Made by a program: the position numbers and the translations under genes. Positions 15,625 to 25,378 of a stretch of 64,000 nt of DNA are shown here, one piece after another. Origin of the DNA: an uncultured Gemmatimonadaceae bacterium (GTDB taxonomy: Bacteria > Gemmatimonadota > Gemmatimonadetes > Gemmatimonadales > Gemmatimonadaceae); the NCBI GenBank assembly GCA_963817955.1, contig CAWFQK010000004.1:1184001-1248000 (forward strand). Direction: 5' to 3'. Within the stretch, counting starts at the first letter, position 1. Each line of letters starts with the position of its first letter. Below the pieces are notes generated by a model. That model saw only the letters and a list, made by a program, of their open reading frames with translations. It was not told the origin of the DNA and did not search any database.

Positions 15625-17270
15625 GAGTGCACTGGCGCTGTACGCCCGCCGGTGGTGTCGGATGGCTGCGTATTGGCGCGTAGCATCTGCTCCAACTCTC
15701 TCACACGAGATGGCGACCAGTCAGCGAGGCACTGCGCCCGGACACGCGCGTACACCGGGCCATCCCCTACGTCGCGGCACGCGGCCTCGCGGTCGTTCAT
15801 CCACTTCCGTTGCTCGACACGCAGTTGCTCAACGGATGGCGGGTCGGGGTCGCCGGGCTGCGCATTTGCTCGACGTCGCAACGCCGAGATCAGCCGCTGG
15901 TAGACCGCGTTGAGCGGCCCATCGTTGCGCTCGATCGCCGCGGACAGACAGGCGCGCTGGTCCGCCGCGTCCGGCGCGTCGCACGCGGCGTCCGTGATCG
16001 CGGGCTTGGTCACGAGCGTGTCGAGCGAGACCGGCGGTGTGGGCGCCGGCATGCGGACTATCGGCGGGGTAATGCCGGGCTCGTGACGCCGCGTCGTGGG
16101 CGGCGCGATCGGATTTATCGGATACAGCGGAATGACGGTCGGCGGAATGCTCGCTGGCGGCGCGACCTGCTGCGGCAATGGTGCCATTGGTTGCGTCTCC
16201 GGCGTTGGGATTGGTGAGACGATCACCGGTTGCTGCGGCATGGGTGCGGGTGGCGAGTCGACGATCGCCGTGTCGCCCGGATGCAGCGCAATGTCGCCCG
16301 ACGCGAGGCTGCTGGTGTCGTTCAGCGTGCTACCGATCTCGTCGGAAGACGAGCGTTGGCGCAACAGCACCCCCAGCACACCGAGGATCGCGATCACCGC
16401 CACCGCCGTCGCGACGCGTGCGCCGAATCCGTACGGCCGCTTCACGATGATCACTGCGGGTTCGTCGGACGGCCCCGCCGGCATGGTGGATGCCGCAGCG
16501 GCCGGCATCGCCACCTCGACCGCAGCGCCAAGTGGGGCGAGCGACGCGATGTACGCCGCGACATTGCGCGGCGGAGCGCCGCGGTCGCAACGGATCAACG
16601 CGTCGGTTTCCTCTATGACGTGCGCCGGCAGGCCGGGACGCACGTCGGCGAGTGCCGGCGCCCGAGGTTCATTGCGGCGATGCCCGCTGAGCATCTCGTA
16701 CGCCAACCGCCCGATCGTTGCCGCGTCGTCGCAGGCGTCGGGGAGCGCGCCGGCGCGCAGCGGAACGGGATCGAGCGCCAGCAGCACCCGACCGCTTCCC
16801 TGCTGGAACACGAGCGCGTCCTCCGACACGTAGCGATGCACCACGTTATTGGTGCGCGCCCACTCGAGCACCGATTGCACCTGCTCGAGCGTCGTCGCCA
16901 CACGAGGCAAGGGCATAGGACCGGCGGTATTCACGAGCTGTCCGAGCGTGGAGCCTCGCACGCGCGCGCGCACGATCGCGAATGCGCCGTCGTCCAACCA
17001 CCGCCCCTCGATGACCGGAATCAGATTCGGATGGCGCAGCACGGTCAGCGCGCGCGCGTCCGCTGCGAAATGCGTGAGGCTGTTGTGGTCCCCGGTGCTG
17101 CCTGAACCGCTGGGCGGGCGCACCATCGTGATCGTGACGTCGCGGTTGAGCGCGAGATGCCGCGCGAGATACGTCCGCGAGTCGCCTGATCGGTGGAGCT
17201 CGGTCAGGATCTGATAATCATTCTCGAGCGTGCCCCACGCGGGAAACCGATCGTCCGTCGGGCTCTGCAT
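15621..17270 (-). CDS. Membrane pseudokinase: degenerate Ser/Thr kinase fold + TM + Pro-rich linker + LprI/DUF1311-like domain
   Basis: Kinase-like YLARHLALNRDV, LRHPNLIPV, VVHRY, IGRLAYEMLSG. TM helix VATAVAVIAILGVLGVLL. C-terminal C..QRACL..LNAVYQRL..EQRKW..R..AC..CL. Start uncertain (17270/17276/17285). Confidence 0.75.
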   Translation of the reverse strand: MQSPTDDRFPAWGTLENDYQILTELHRSGDSRTYLARHLALNRDVTITMVRPPSGSGSTGDHNSLTHFAADARALTVLRHPNLIPVIEGRWLDDGAFAIVRARVRGSTLGQLVNTAGPMPLPRVATTLEQVQSVLEWARTNNVVHRYVSEDALVFQQGSGRVLLALDPVPLRAGALPDACDDAATIGRLAYEMLSGHRRNEPRAPALADVRPGLPAHVIEETDALIRCDRGAPPRNVAAYIASLAPLGAAVEVAMPAAAASTMPAGPSDEPAVIIVKRPYGFGARVATAVAVIAILGVLGVLLRQRSSSDEIGSTLNDTSSLASGDIALHPGDTAIVDSPPAPMPQQPVIVSPIPTPETQPMAPLPQQVAPPASIPPTVIPLYPINPIAPPTTRRHEPGITPPIVRMPAPTPPVSLDTLVTKPAITDAACDAPDAADQRACLSAAIERNDGPLNAVYQRLISALRRRANAQPGDPDPPSVEQLRVEQRKWMNDREAACRDVGDGPVYARVRAQCLADWSPSRVRELEQMLRANTQPSDTTGGRTAPVHS

Positions 17271-17283
17271 GTGCATCCTGCGC

Positions 17284-17322
17284 AAAAAAAACCAGTGGCG
17301 CCCGTCCTTCGGACGCCACTGG
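17284..17322 (-). terminator. Intrinsic terminator of ilvE
   Basis: Stem CCAGTGGCG/CGCCACTGG followed by T8 on the minus strand, 35 nt after the ilvE stop. Confidence 0.85.
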
Positions 17323-17357
17323 CAGAGTCATGCGGAAACCGTGCCCGCTCTTCTCAA

Positions 17358-18311
17358 TTACGCGGAAGCTTTGGCGGCGCGCTCGGCGCGAACATTGGTC
17401 AGCCAGCCGTACGGGTCTTCCGTCGCCCCGCGGACGAGGTCGAGGAAGTGCTGCTGAATCTGTGTCGTGATGGGCCCGCGGCGGCCCGCGCCGACCTGAA
17501 TGCGGTCGACGCTGCGCACGGGCGTGACTTCCGACGCCGTGCCAGTGAGGAAGATCTCGTCCGCCGTGTACAGGAACTCGCGCGGCAACTCCTGCTCGCG
17601 CACCGGAATGCCCATGTCCTGCGCGAGCGCGATGACCGTGTTGCGTGTGATGCCGTGCAGCAGCGTGCCGTTGATGGTTGGCGTGTACAGCGTGCCCTTG
17701 TGGACGAAGAACACATTCTGTCCGGAGCCTTCGCTGATCATGCCGCCTGGCGTCAGGGCGATGCCCTCGGCGTAGCCATTGCGCAACGCCTCCATCTTGA
17801 CGAGCTGGCCGCTCAGATAGTTGCCGGCCACCTTCGCCATGGTGGGAATGGTGTTCGGCGCCATGCGCGCCCACGTCGAGACGCAGGCATCGACGCCGTT
17901 CTCCAGCGCGCCCTCGCCGAGGTACGCGCCCCACGGCCAGCACGGGATGTAGACCTCCACCGGGCTGTCACCCGGGACCATGCCAGACGCGCCATAGCCG
18001 CACAGCACCATGGGGCGGATGTAGCACGAATCAACGTTGTTGCGTTCGACAACCTCGCACGCCGCGGCGACGAGCTCGTCGATCGAGTACTTCACGTCCA
18101 TCCGGTAGATCTTGCAGGTGTCGAGTAGCCGCTGGAGGTGATCTTCGAGACGGAAGATCGCTGGACCACGCGGGGTGCTATAGCATCGAATGCCTTCAAA
18201 TGCGGCGGAACCGAACTGCATCGAATGCGCGAGCACGTGGACGGTTGCATCTTGCCAGCGGATGAACTCGCCGTCGCGCCAGATCCACTCGGTCTCGTTG
18301 AGCTTGGCCAT
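17358..18311 (-). CDS. ilvE: Branched-chain amino acid aminotransferase
   Basis: FEGIRCY, IFRL.DH..RL, YIRP, AKVAGNY (PLP Lys), EGSGQN, LHGITR, DEIFLTGTASEVTPV. Confidence 0.95.
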   Translation of the reverse strand: MAKLNETEWIWRDGEFIRWQDATVHVLAHSMQFGSAAFEGIRCYSTPRGPAIFRLEDHLQRLLDTCKIYRMDVKYSIDELVAAACEVVERNNVDSCYIRPMVLCGYGASGMVPGDSPVEVYIPCWPWGAYLGEGALENGVDACVSTWARMAPNTIPTMAKVAGNYLSGQLVKMEALRNGYAEGIALTPGGMISEGSGQNVFFVHKGTLYTPTINGTLLHGITRNTVIALAQDMGIPVREQELPREFLYTADEIFLTGTASEVTPVRSVDRIQVGAGRRGPITTQIQQHFLDLVRGATEDPYGWLTNVRAERAAKASA

Positions 18312-18406
18312 GAAATCCTCGGAGTAGGCGTCCCTGCCCAGTTCGGGCGGGCGGTCTGAGAAATATGGCGAAATACCGGACAGAGCGCGAACTGCGTGTG
18401 TCCCGC

Positions 18407-18805
18407 TTACACTCCGTCCGGGCGCTCAGTGCGACGACCAGCAAGCCACTCGATAGCCGCCAAGAGCCGCGGGATGGGAATGGGCTTCTGGAACACGAGC
18501 CAGCGCCCCGGTGCCCCGGAGAGGTCCCAGAACTCGTCGGTCCAGCCACTCACGTACAACGTAGGGCGGTCACCGATGCGCGCACCGATCTCTCGGGCGA
18601 GCTCGGCGCCGTCGGCGTCGGGAAGCGCAATGTCGAGCACCAGCACATCAATGGCGCCCTCGAGCCGGTCGAGCACGGCAAGGGCAGCCGCGCGGCTGCT
18701 TGCAGTCTCCACGTCGAAACCGTGGCCGCGAAGAATCTCGTCATACGCCGAGCAGATTTCCGGGTCATCGTCGACAACCAGAACGCGTACTTGCGGCTCA
18801 GTCAC
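18407..18805 (-). CDS. Single-domain response regulator (receiver)
   Basis: VLVVDDD, VLDIALPD (phospho-Asp), YVSG, QKP. Confidence 0.85.
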   Translation of the reverse strand: MTEPQVRVLVVDDDPEICSAYDEILRGHGFDVETASSRAAALAVLDRLEGAIDVLVLDIALPDADGAELAREIGARIGDRPTLYVSGWTDEFWDLSGAPGRWLVFQKPIPIPRLLAAIEWLAGRRTERPDGV

Positions 18806-18973
18806 TCAGCGAAAGGCAGGAGATTAGGCATGATCTAGAACACAGCGTGACACGCACAGCAAAGTCTAGTGAGGAGCGACCGAATCGTGCCACCTCTGAA
18901 TCGTACTGGCGCTGAACGTTCGCCCAGGAATTGACGTATACAGTGTGAAGCCCTACGACAATTCGGAGCGCAC

Positions 18974-20011
18974 GTGTTTCCCAAGAGACTGCATACATCG
19001 CACGCTATTCGTGGCGTGTTTCTCCTCGCGGCCGCGGCGGGGTTCGGCGGCCTCACTGCTGCCGCTCGTCCAGTATCACGCTTTGCCCCTGGACTGTCGT
19101 TTCGCATCAACGCCTCCACGCGTATCTATCCCGGCGACATACCGCGCGGCACCGAAGACGAAGTGATGCGCGGTCGCGGGATCGCGGCCGACCGCCGCGC
19201 ACGGATCGAGTTCCTCGCCTTCACGCCGGCGCCGCAGGGCGTTACGACCGACGACTACCTCATTGCGGCCGATTCCGGTAAGGCGTTCGTACAGCACCCG
19301 AGCGGCAGCAGCTTCACGCCGGCGAACGACAGGTTCGGCGGACCGGCGGTCATTGCGCTGTCCAGGATTCTCGGCGGCGGACGTGGCGGTGGCGGCGGGG
19401 CGGGTCGTTCGGACTCGACGGGCGGCGGAGCTCGGGCCGGTGGCGCTGGGCGGGGTGGTTTCGGGGGCCGTGGCGGCGGTGGCGGCCCGCCAGGAGGTGC
19501 TCGCGGTGGCCGTGGGCGTGGACGAGGTAGCCTTGGGGACTTCCTGAGCCAGATCCAGTTGCTCGACGTCAGCTTCAAGATCGAGAAGCTCGGCGGCGGC
19601 GACATGGTGGACGGCCGGCCGACGCAGCACTATCGCGTCACGAGCGACTACCGCGTGGTCTGGGGCGACCAAGGATTCCCGGCACACGCCGTGACCGAGA
19701 TCTGGACGTCGCAGTTGCCAACGCCCATCCCCAATCCGTTCGAGCCACTCATTGTGGCCGAGCAGTCCACCGATGGACCGCTGATCGAATACGCGCTCAA
19801 GCTGCGCGCCGTGCGTTCGCAGGTGGAGGGCACGCCGGTGAAGGTTGTCACGACCACAACGCTCGGGAATGTCCGCGATATCATCGGCTTCCAGAGTCTT
19901 CTCGGAAGCGATCCCACCGTGGACAAGCTCACGGTGGTGCAACAGACGCAGATCACGAACATCCAACCAGCGGAAGTGGATCTCAAACTGTTGACAGTGC
20001 CGGAGGCGTAG
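18974..20011 (+). CDS. Hypothetical secreted protein with an internal Gly/Arg-rich insert (possibly DUF4412/LolA-like fold)
   Basis: Signal-peptide-like N-terminus, GRPTQHYRV and EIWTS motifs, host-like codon usage. Confidence 0.6.
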   Translation: MFPKRLHTSHAIRGVFLLAAAAGFGGLTAAARPVSRFAPGLSFRINASTRIYPGDIPRGTEDEVMRGRGIAADRRARIEFLAFTPAPQGVTTDDYLIAADSGKAFVQHPSGSSFTPANDRFGGPAVIALSRILGGGRGGGGGAGRSDSTGGGARAGGAGRGGFGGRGGGGGPPGGARGGRGRGRGSLGDFLSQIQLLDVSFKIEKLGGGDMVDGRPTQHYRVTSDYRVVWGDQGFPAHAVTEIWTSQLPTPIPNPFEPLIVAEQSTDGPLIEYALKLRAVRSQVEGTPVKVVTTTTLGNVRDIIGFQSLLGSDPTVDKLTVVQQTQITNIQPAEVDLKLLTVPEA

Positions 20012-20395
20012 AGGGAACCGGGGCGCTGGACCGCGGCGGATGCTCTTCACCGAGATCAGGTGACATTGAGTCGTCGGACTCTGGTCGCTCGTCGTATTAG
20101 CTACGGGTGATGGGGAGGCCGGGGGATGATGACCGGCGATGGCGTCGTCGCGGTCGTAGACCCGCTCTTGATGTCTGACCAGCGCTCGTGGCGCCGCGAC
20201 GCCTCGGCCATCGCGGCCGCCGTCCGGCATCCGCCTGCGTCGCTGCGGCGGAGCGTTTCCAAGGTGCTGTCTTCGCGGTATTTCGTATGGCCTTCAGGTG
20301 GCCATGAGGACGCTGAAAAAGAACTGCACCACGGCGAGCGCCGGACGCGCCGGAGTAGAAAGCGAGCAACCGGCGTGAGACGTGTCGCAATTTCC

Positions 20396-21680
20396 GTCGG
20401 ACGCGACGGAATGGTCGTCGGACGCGACGGAAACGTCGTCGGGAATGACGGAATGGTCGTCGGGAATGACGGAATGGTCGTCGGAACCGACAGACTCGCG
20501 TTCGGAAGAATCGGAGCCTCGTTCAGACCGGTCGGTGTTTGCGTGAGAAGCGATGGTCTTGCGTGTCACGCGAGGGGTCCGTCCTCGACGCGAGCGCCTG
20601 CGCGCTTCACGATCGGGCGTGGGGCCTGCACAAGAGACGATTCCATCGGCTAGGTCAGCCATCCCTGCTGTTACGTCAGCCATCCCTGCTGAACGCGAGC
20701 GACTGGGTCCTGAACGCCGAGCCATTGCCTGTGGACGCGGACCCATTCCAGGTTGACCAGGATCTATTCCACGTCGACACGGGTCTATTCCACGTCGACG
20801 CGGGTGAGTCCCTCGTGGCATCGCGCGAGAGAGGCCTCAACGGCCGAGAGTCTGACGTTGACGGCGACGACTCCTCACGTGACGCCGGTCGATCCCTCCG
20901 GCACGGCGCGCAGTTGGTGGTGAGCACGCGGGCATCCGAGCTGAACGAGCCGGAAAGCCTCCTGGACGGCCGCGAGTCCGATGTTGACTGCGAGGAGTTC
21001 GTGCTTGCACGCGAGCCGTTCGTGCTTGACCGCGAGGGGTTCGTGCTTGACCGCGAGGGGTTCGTGCTTGACCGCGCGCCGTGCCATCTCACCACGGGCG
21101 AGTCACCCCTCGACGCGCGTGGGTTCCCCTCGACCGGAAGGACTCCGCCCTGACCGAGACGCACTCTCAGGTGGACGTCATGGCATCCCAGCGAACGGAG
21201 CGAGGATTGTGGGTGGACGCGCGGGAGAGGGGTGTTGACGAGAGACGGTCCGATGTGGGGCGAGCGGCATTCGGGCTCGACACCGGGGTGTTCCCTCTTG
21301 ACCGGAGTGACTCCGCCCTGAACAGCGGCTGGTGCGAGCTGGACACGCCGGAGTCCCTGCTCGACCGGCGCTCATTCCGTCTCGAGACAGCGAGGACTTC
21401 CACCTGCACACGCGTGAATTCGGTCGAGACAGCGAGGACTTCCACCTGCACACGCGTGAATTCGGTCGAGACAGCGAGGGATTCCCTATGAGCTGGCGTG
21501 GATCCCACCTGAACACGCGGGCATCCCCTCTGCGCGCCGACCGATTCCCTCTCGGCACGGTCGCATCCCCTGTGGGTACCGATCGATTCCCTCTCGACAC
21601 GCTCGCATCCCGTCGGAGTAGCGATCGATTCCCTCTCTACGTGCTCGCATCCGCTCGGGGCGCCAATCGATTCCTTGTCG
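20396..21680. repeat. Degenerate 21/42-bp periodic tandem-repeat tract
   Basis: Successive unit families: GTCGGGAATGACGGAATGGTC-type (x4 or more), TCAGCCATCCCTGCTG.. x2, TCTATTCCACGTCGAC.. x2, TTCGTGCTTGACCGCGAGGGG-type x4, 42-mer TCGAGACAGCGAGGAC.. x2.3, 42-mer GCATCCC..CGATTCCCTCTC x4. Confidence 0.8.
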
Positions 21681-21942
21681 CCGCCCGCTCGTCCCGCGAT
21701 GATCGTAGTCCTATATATTAGTTTCGAAAACGAGGGCTCAGCGCAAGTGCCAATGTGACCGATTGACCAAAACCGACATCTCGTGAGCGTTTCAGCGTTA
21801 GGACTTAGTGGAGAGGGACGTCAGGCCCGCGTCCCCGAACCCGCGAGAAGGTCATTGAGGCGCTTACGCAAGAACTGCAAAGGTCACCAGCATCAGGGCG
21901 TCTGGCTCGCAAACCGGTAAAGCGGCGACCGGTACAGCGCGT

Positions 21943-22172
21943 GGATTGGGCTCCGGATGCTGACCGGCTGGATGTCGCTGGCTGCTCCGTAGCGGCGGTA
22001 GTGGACAGCGAACCAGGCACCCTGGTGCGCATGACCCGTATACTCACAACTCACCACTGATCACTGACCACTGTCACCCGTCTTCCCGATCGCTTGATCC
22101 TGCCTGGCCACGACCAGCCATCCCGTCGGCCGCCCATCACAGAGATCCTTCGCTTCGCTCAGGATGACAGCC
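21943..22172. repeat. Rearranged partial copy of the composite element plus a REP-like unit
   Basis: Contains GGATGTCGCTGGCTG..CCGTAGCGG, then CCCTGGTGCGCATGACCCGTATACTCACAACTCAC, then GAGATCCTTCGCTTCGCTCAGGATGACAG. Confidence 0.75.
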
Positions 22173-22229
22173 ATTGCTCAGGAAGCCAGGCCTCCCATAT
22201 CTCGTGTCTCCGAACCTTCGCGAAGATTA

Positions 22230-23690
22230 CTAATACCACCCGATCGGCTGCTCGTTGAGATTGATGTGCACCTGCTTGACGTGCAGGTACTCCTCGACGC
22301 CCCATTTGCCTAGTTCGCGGCCAATGCCGCTCTGTTTGTAACCGCCCCAGGGCGCTTCGACGAACGTGGGCTGCATGTGGTTCACCCATACGATGCCGGC
22401 GCGTAGGCGCTTCACCGTTCGCATCGCGCGAAAGATGTCGCGTGTCCAGACGGCGGCAGCCAGTCCGTAATCGCTGTCGTTGGCGATGCGAATTGCATCT
22501 TCCTCGTCGTCGAATGGAATGACGGCCGCCACCGGGCCAAAGATTTCCTCACGGGCGATGCGCGCCGAGTTGTCGACGTCATAGAAGATCGTCGGCTCCA
22601 CGAACAGGCCGGCGTCGAGTCTATCGCCACGGGCACGACCACCGCCAAGCGCGAGCTTCGCTTCGCCACGCCCAATCTGCTGGTACTGGAGCACGCGATC
22701 CAGCTGCTCGCGGCTCACCAGTGGTCCCATCTTCGTCTTGCGGTCTATCCCCGGGCCAAGCCGGATACCGCGCGCCTTCTCTACCATGGCGTCGAGGACG
22801 CGCTTGTAGATTGACCGCTCGACCAAGATACGACTACCCGCCGAGCACACCTCGCCCTGGTTGATGAACAGTCCGAACAACGCCCCGTCGACGCTCGCCT
22901 CGAAATCGGCGTCGGCGAACAAGATGTTGGGCGACTTGCCTCCGAGCTCGAGCGAAATCTTCTTGAGCGTGTCTGCCGCTCCGCGCATGATGCTCTTGCC
23001 AACCTCCGCGCTTCCCGTGAACGCAATCTTGTCGACGTCACGGTGCGTGGTCAGCGCAGCACCCGTGGCGCCGTATCCGGTGACCACGTTGACCACGCCG
23101 GGTGGCAGGCCAACTGACACGAACTGACGCGCCAACTCGAGGATCGTGAGCGGTGTCTGCTCGGCAGGCTTGAGCACGACAGTACACCCCGCGCAGATCG
23201 CCGGAGCAATCTTCCAGGCAGCCATGAGGAGCGGATAATTCCACGGAATGATCTGTCCGCACACGCCGATCGGTTCGCGCAGCGCCAGGCTCAGCGCATT
23301 GTCGGGCACCGGGACGACGTCGCCGTGGATCTTCGTTGCCAGGCCGCCATAGTACTCGAAGCACGTGGCGACGTCGGCAATGTCGAACTCCGACTCGACG
23401 ATCGGCTTGCCGTTGTTGATCGTCTCCAACTCGGCGAGCTCGCGCGCGCTGTCGCGCACCGCCTGCGCGAGGCGGAAGAGAATGCGGCCTCGCTCCTGCG
23501 CCGTTACGTCCTTCCACGGCGACGAATCGAACGCACGCCGCGCGGCGGCCACGGCTCGATCGACGTCGACACCGTCGCCGTCCGGAACGCGGGCGATGAC
23601 ATCCTGCGTCGCAGGGTTGATGACATCGATCAGGACGCGCGAGTGCGGCTCGGCGAACTGCCCGTCGATGTAGTGGCGCAGCGAAGTCAT
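22230..23690 (-). CDS. NAD(P)+-dependent aldehyde dehydrogenase (486 aa)
   Basis: IIPWNYP, KPAEQTP, FTGS, LELGGKSP, GEVCSAGSR (catalytic Cys), EEIFGPV, GGYKQSGIGRE. The true start is 23690 (MTSLRHYIDG). Confidence 0.93.
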   Translation of the reverse strand: MTSLRHYIDGQFAEPHSRVLIDVINPATQDVIARVPDGDGVDVDRAVAAARRAFDSSPWKDVTAQERGRILFRLAQAVRDSARELAELETINNGKPIVESEFDIADVATCFEYYGGLATKIHGDVVPVPDNALSLALREPIGVCGQIIPWNYPLLMAAWKIAPAICAGCTVVLKPAEQTPLTILELARQFVSVGLPPGVVNVVTGYGATGAALTTHRDVDKIAFTGSAEVGKSIMRGAADTLKKISLELGGKSPNILFADADFEASVDGALFGLFINQGEVCSAGSRILVERSIYKRVLDAMVEKARGIRLGPGIDRKTKMGPLVSREQLDRVLQYQQIGRGEAKLALGGGRARGDRLDAGLFVEPTIFYDVDNSARIAREEIFGPVAAVIPFDDEEDAIRIANDSDYGLAAAVWTRDIFRAMRTVKRLRAGIVWVNHMQPTFVEAPWGGYKQSGIGRELGKWGVEEYLHVKQVHINLNEQPIGWY

Positions 23691-23810
23691 TCGGGATAGT
23701 GAAGAAGAAGACGCGACGACGGAATGTTTCAAGGAGTAAGTATTGCGGGATGGGATCCCGAGCGTCAGGTTGGACGCGTCCCGCCCAACCTCTTTTCTCC
23801 GGCCATTCCA

Positions 23811-25325
23811 ATGCGAGCTCGCACCATCCTCTCCGTGGTTCTCGCGACAGCCTCCGCTGCGACCTCTCTGGCCGCGCAGACGCGCCCCGTAAGCGGCGCC
23901 CGGCCTGGACGCCTCATCATCCGGAACGCCATCGTCGTGGACGGCAACGGCACGCCGGCCAAGGGACCGTTCGACATCGTTGTCCAGGGGACCACGATCA
24001 CGCAGATGGTGGCGCTCGACCCGGTGGCGCTCGCGCGCGGGGGCTCGAGCCGCCGTCCGCGCGCGGACGCGAACACTGCCGAGATCGACGCGACCGGCAA
24101 GTACGTGCTCCCGGGGCTGATCAACGTCCACGCGCACATGCAGGACGAGCGCGCCGGCACACCCCAGCCGATCGAGTACGAGTTCAAGATTTGGCTGGCT
24201 TGCGGCATCACGAGCGTGCGCGACGTTGGCAGCGACACGCGGAAGGCGCTCGCCTGGCGCGACTCCAGTTCGAAGGGCACGATAGCCGCGCCGCGAATCT
24301 TCATCTATCCGCAATTCGGCCGCCCGACCAACGCCGACTCGGCTCGCGCCCACGTGCGTGCGCTCAAGGCGATGGGCGTGGATGGCATCAAGCTGCTCGG
24401 CATCGATCGCGACATCATGCAGGCGATGGAAGACGAGGCGCACAAGGAAGGACTTCGCGTCGCCCACCACGTTGGCGTGGAAGAAACGACGGCCTGGGAC
24501 GACATCCATTTTGGCACGACGAGCATCGAGCACTGGTACGGCATTCCCGACGCCGCGATCCCCGACGGCGTGCAGAACTTTCCCTCGTCCTACAACTACA
24601 ACAACGAGACGGATCGTTTCCGCTGGGCGGGACACCTGTGGCGCGAAGCAGATCCGGCGCGCCTCTCGATGGTGCTCGACTCGATGGTGGCGCACCACGT
24701 CGCGTGGGTGCCGACGCTCGATATTTACGAGGCAAGCCGCGACCTGCAGCGCGCACGCACCCAGCCGTGGTTCGCCGACTATCTGCACCCCACGCTCGAG
24801 GACTACTTCCGGCCCGATCCGGCAAACCACGGATCGTACTTCATCGGCTGGACCTCGACGGACGAGACGTTCTGGAAGGAGAACTACCGGATCTGGATGA
24901 ACGCGGTACGTGACTTCGAGCGAAAGGGCGGCCTCGTGGGCGCTGGCGACGACGCAGGCTTCATCTACGAGATGTACGGCTTCGGCCTGCTGCGGGAGCT
25001 CGAGCTGCACCAGGAAGCCGGGTTCAACCCGATCAAGGTCATCCAGCACGCGACGTTCAACAACGCGCGCATCCTCGGCAAGGAGACGGAGCTGGGCCGC
25101 GTGCGCCAGGGATTCCGGGCCGACCTGATCGTGGTGAACGGGAATCCACTAGAGAACTTGAAAGTGCTCTATCCCACGGGCGTGGACGACATGAAGGACG
25201 GCAAGGCCGTGCACACCGGTGGCGTGGAGTGGACGATCAAGGACGGCATTCCCTACCACGGGCCAACGCTGATGAAGGACGTGAAAGAGATGGTCGCCAA
25301 GGCGAGAGCGGAACGGGCCAAGTGA
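23811..25325 (+). CDS. Amidohydrolase family protein, secreted
   Basis: IDATGKYVLPGLINVHAH (HxH), GITSVRDVG, SIEH, GRV..G..ADLIVV.GNPL. Signal peptide from the ATG at 23811. Confidence 0.9.
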   Translation: MRARTILSVVLATASAATSLAAQTRPVSGARPGRLIIRNAIVVDGNGTPAKGPFDIVVQGTTITQMVALDPVALARGGSSRRPRADANTAEIDATGKYVLPGLINVHAHMQDERAGTPQPIEYEFKIWLACGITSVRDVGSDTRKALAWRDSSSKGTIAAPRIFIYPQFGRPTNADSARAHVRALKAMGVDGIKLLGIDRDIMQAMEDEAHKEGLRVAHHVGVEETTAWDDIHFGTTSIEHWYGIPDAAIPDGVQNFPSSYNYNNETDRFRWAGHLWREADPARLSMVLDSMVAHHVAWVPTLDIYEASRDLQRARTQPWFADYLHPTLEDYFRPDPANHGSYFIGWTSTDETFWKENYRIWMNAVRDFERKGGLVGAGDDAGFIYEMYGFGLLRELELHQEAGFNPIKVIQHATFNNARILGKETELGRVRQGFRADLIVVNGNPLENLKVLYPTGVDDMKDGKAVHTGGVEWTIKDGIPYHGPTLMKDVKEMVAKARAERAK

Positions 25326-25338
25326 CGGACAAGTAGCA

Positions 25339-25366
25339 GGCGCGCCGGGCTTTCGCCCGGCGCGCC
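25339..25366. terminator. GC-rich hairpin between convergent genes
   Basis: Perfect 12-bp stem GGCGCGCCGGGC-TTTC-GCCCGGCGCGCC, with no U-tract. Confidence 0.6.
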
Positions 25367-25378
25367 AGGAACGATCCG

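Noticed and set aside
20396..21680. CRISPR array interpretation of the periodic repeats (also 63774-63863 and the heptamer arrays)
   Set aside because: There is no constant repeat separated by unique similar-length spacers, and no cas genes.
21895..21995. Possible c-di-GMP-I riboswitch (GCAAACC...)
   Set aside because: It lacks the GNRA/receptor stems and the second GCAAA element, has no downstream gene in the sense orientation, and the sequence is partly the dispersed repeat module.
21808..22060. Open plus-strand frame reading ..REKVIEALTQELQR..
   Set aside because: It has no start codon after the upstream TAG and runs into repeat modules, so I cannot support it as a gene.
22230..25049. 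939-aa aldehyde dehydrogenase with a long N-terminal extension
   Set aside because: The extension is the antisense shadow of the amidohydrolase gene. ALDH homology starts at 23690.
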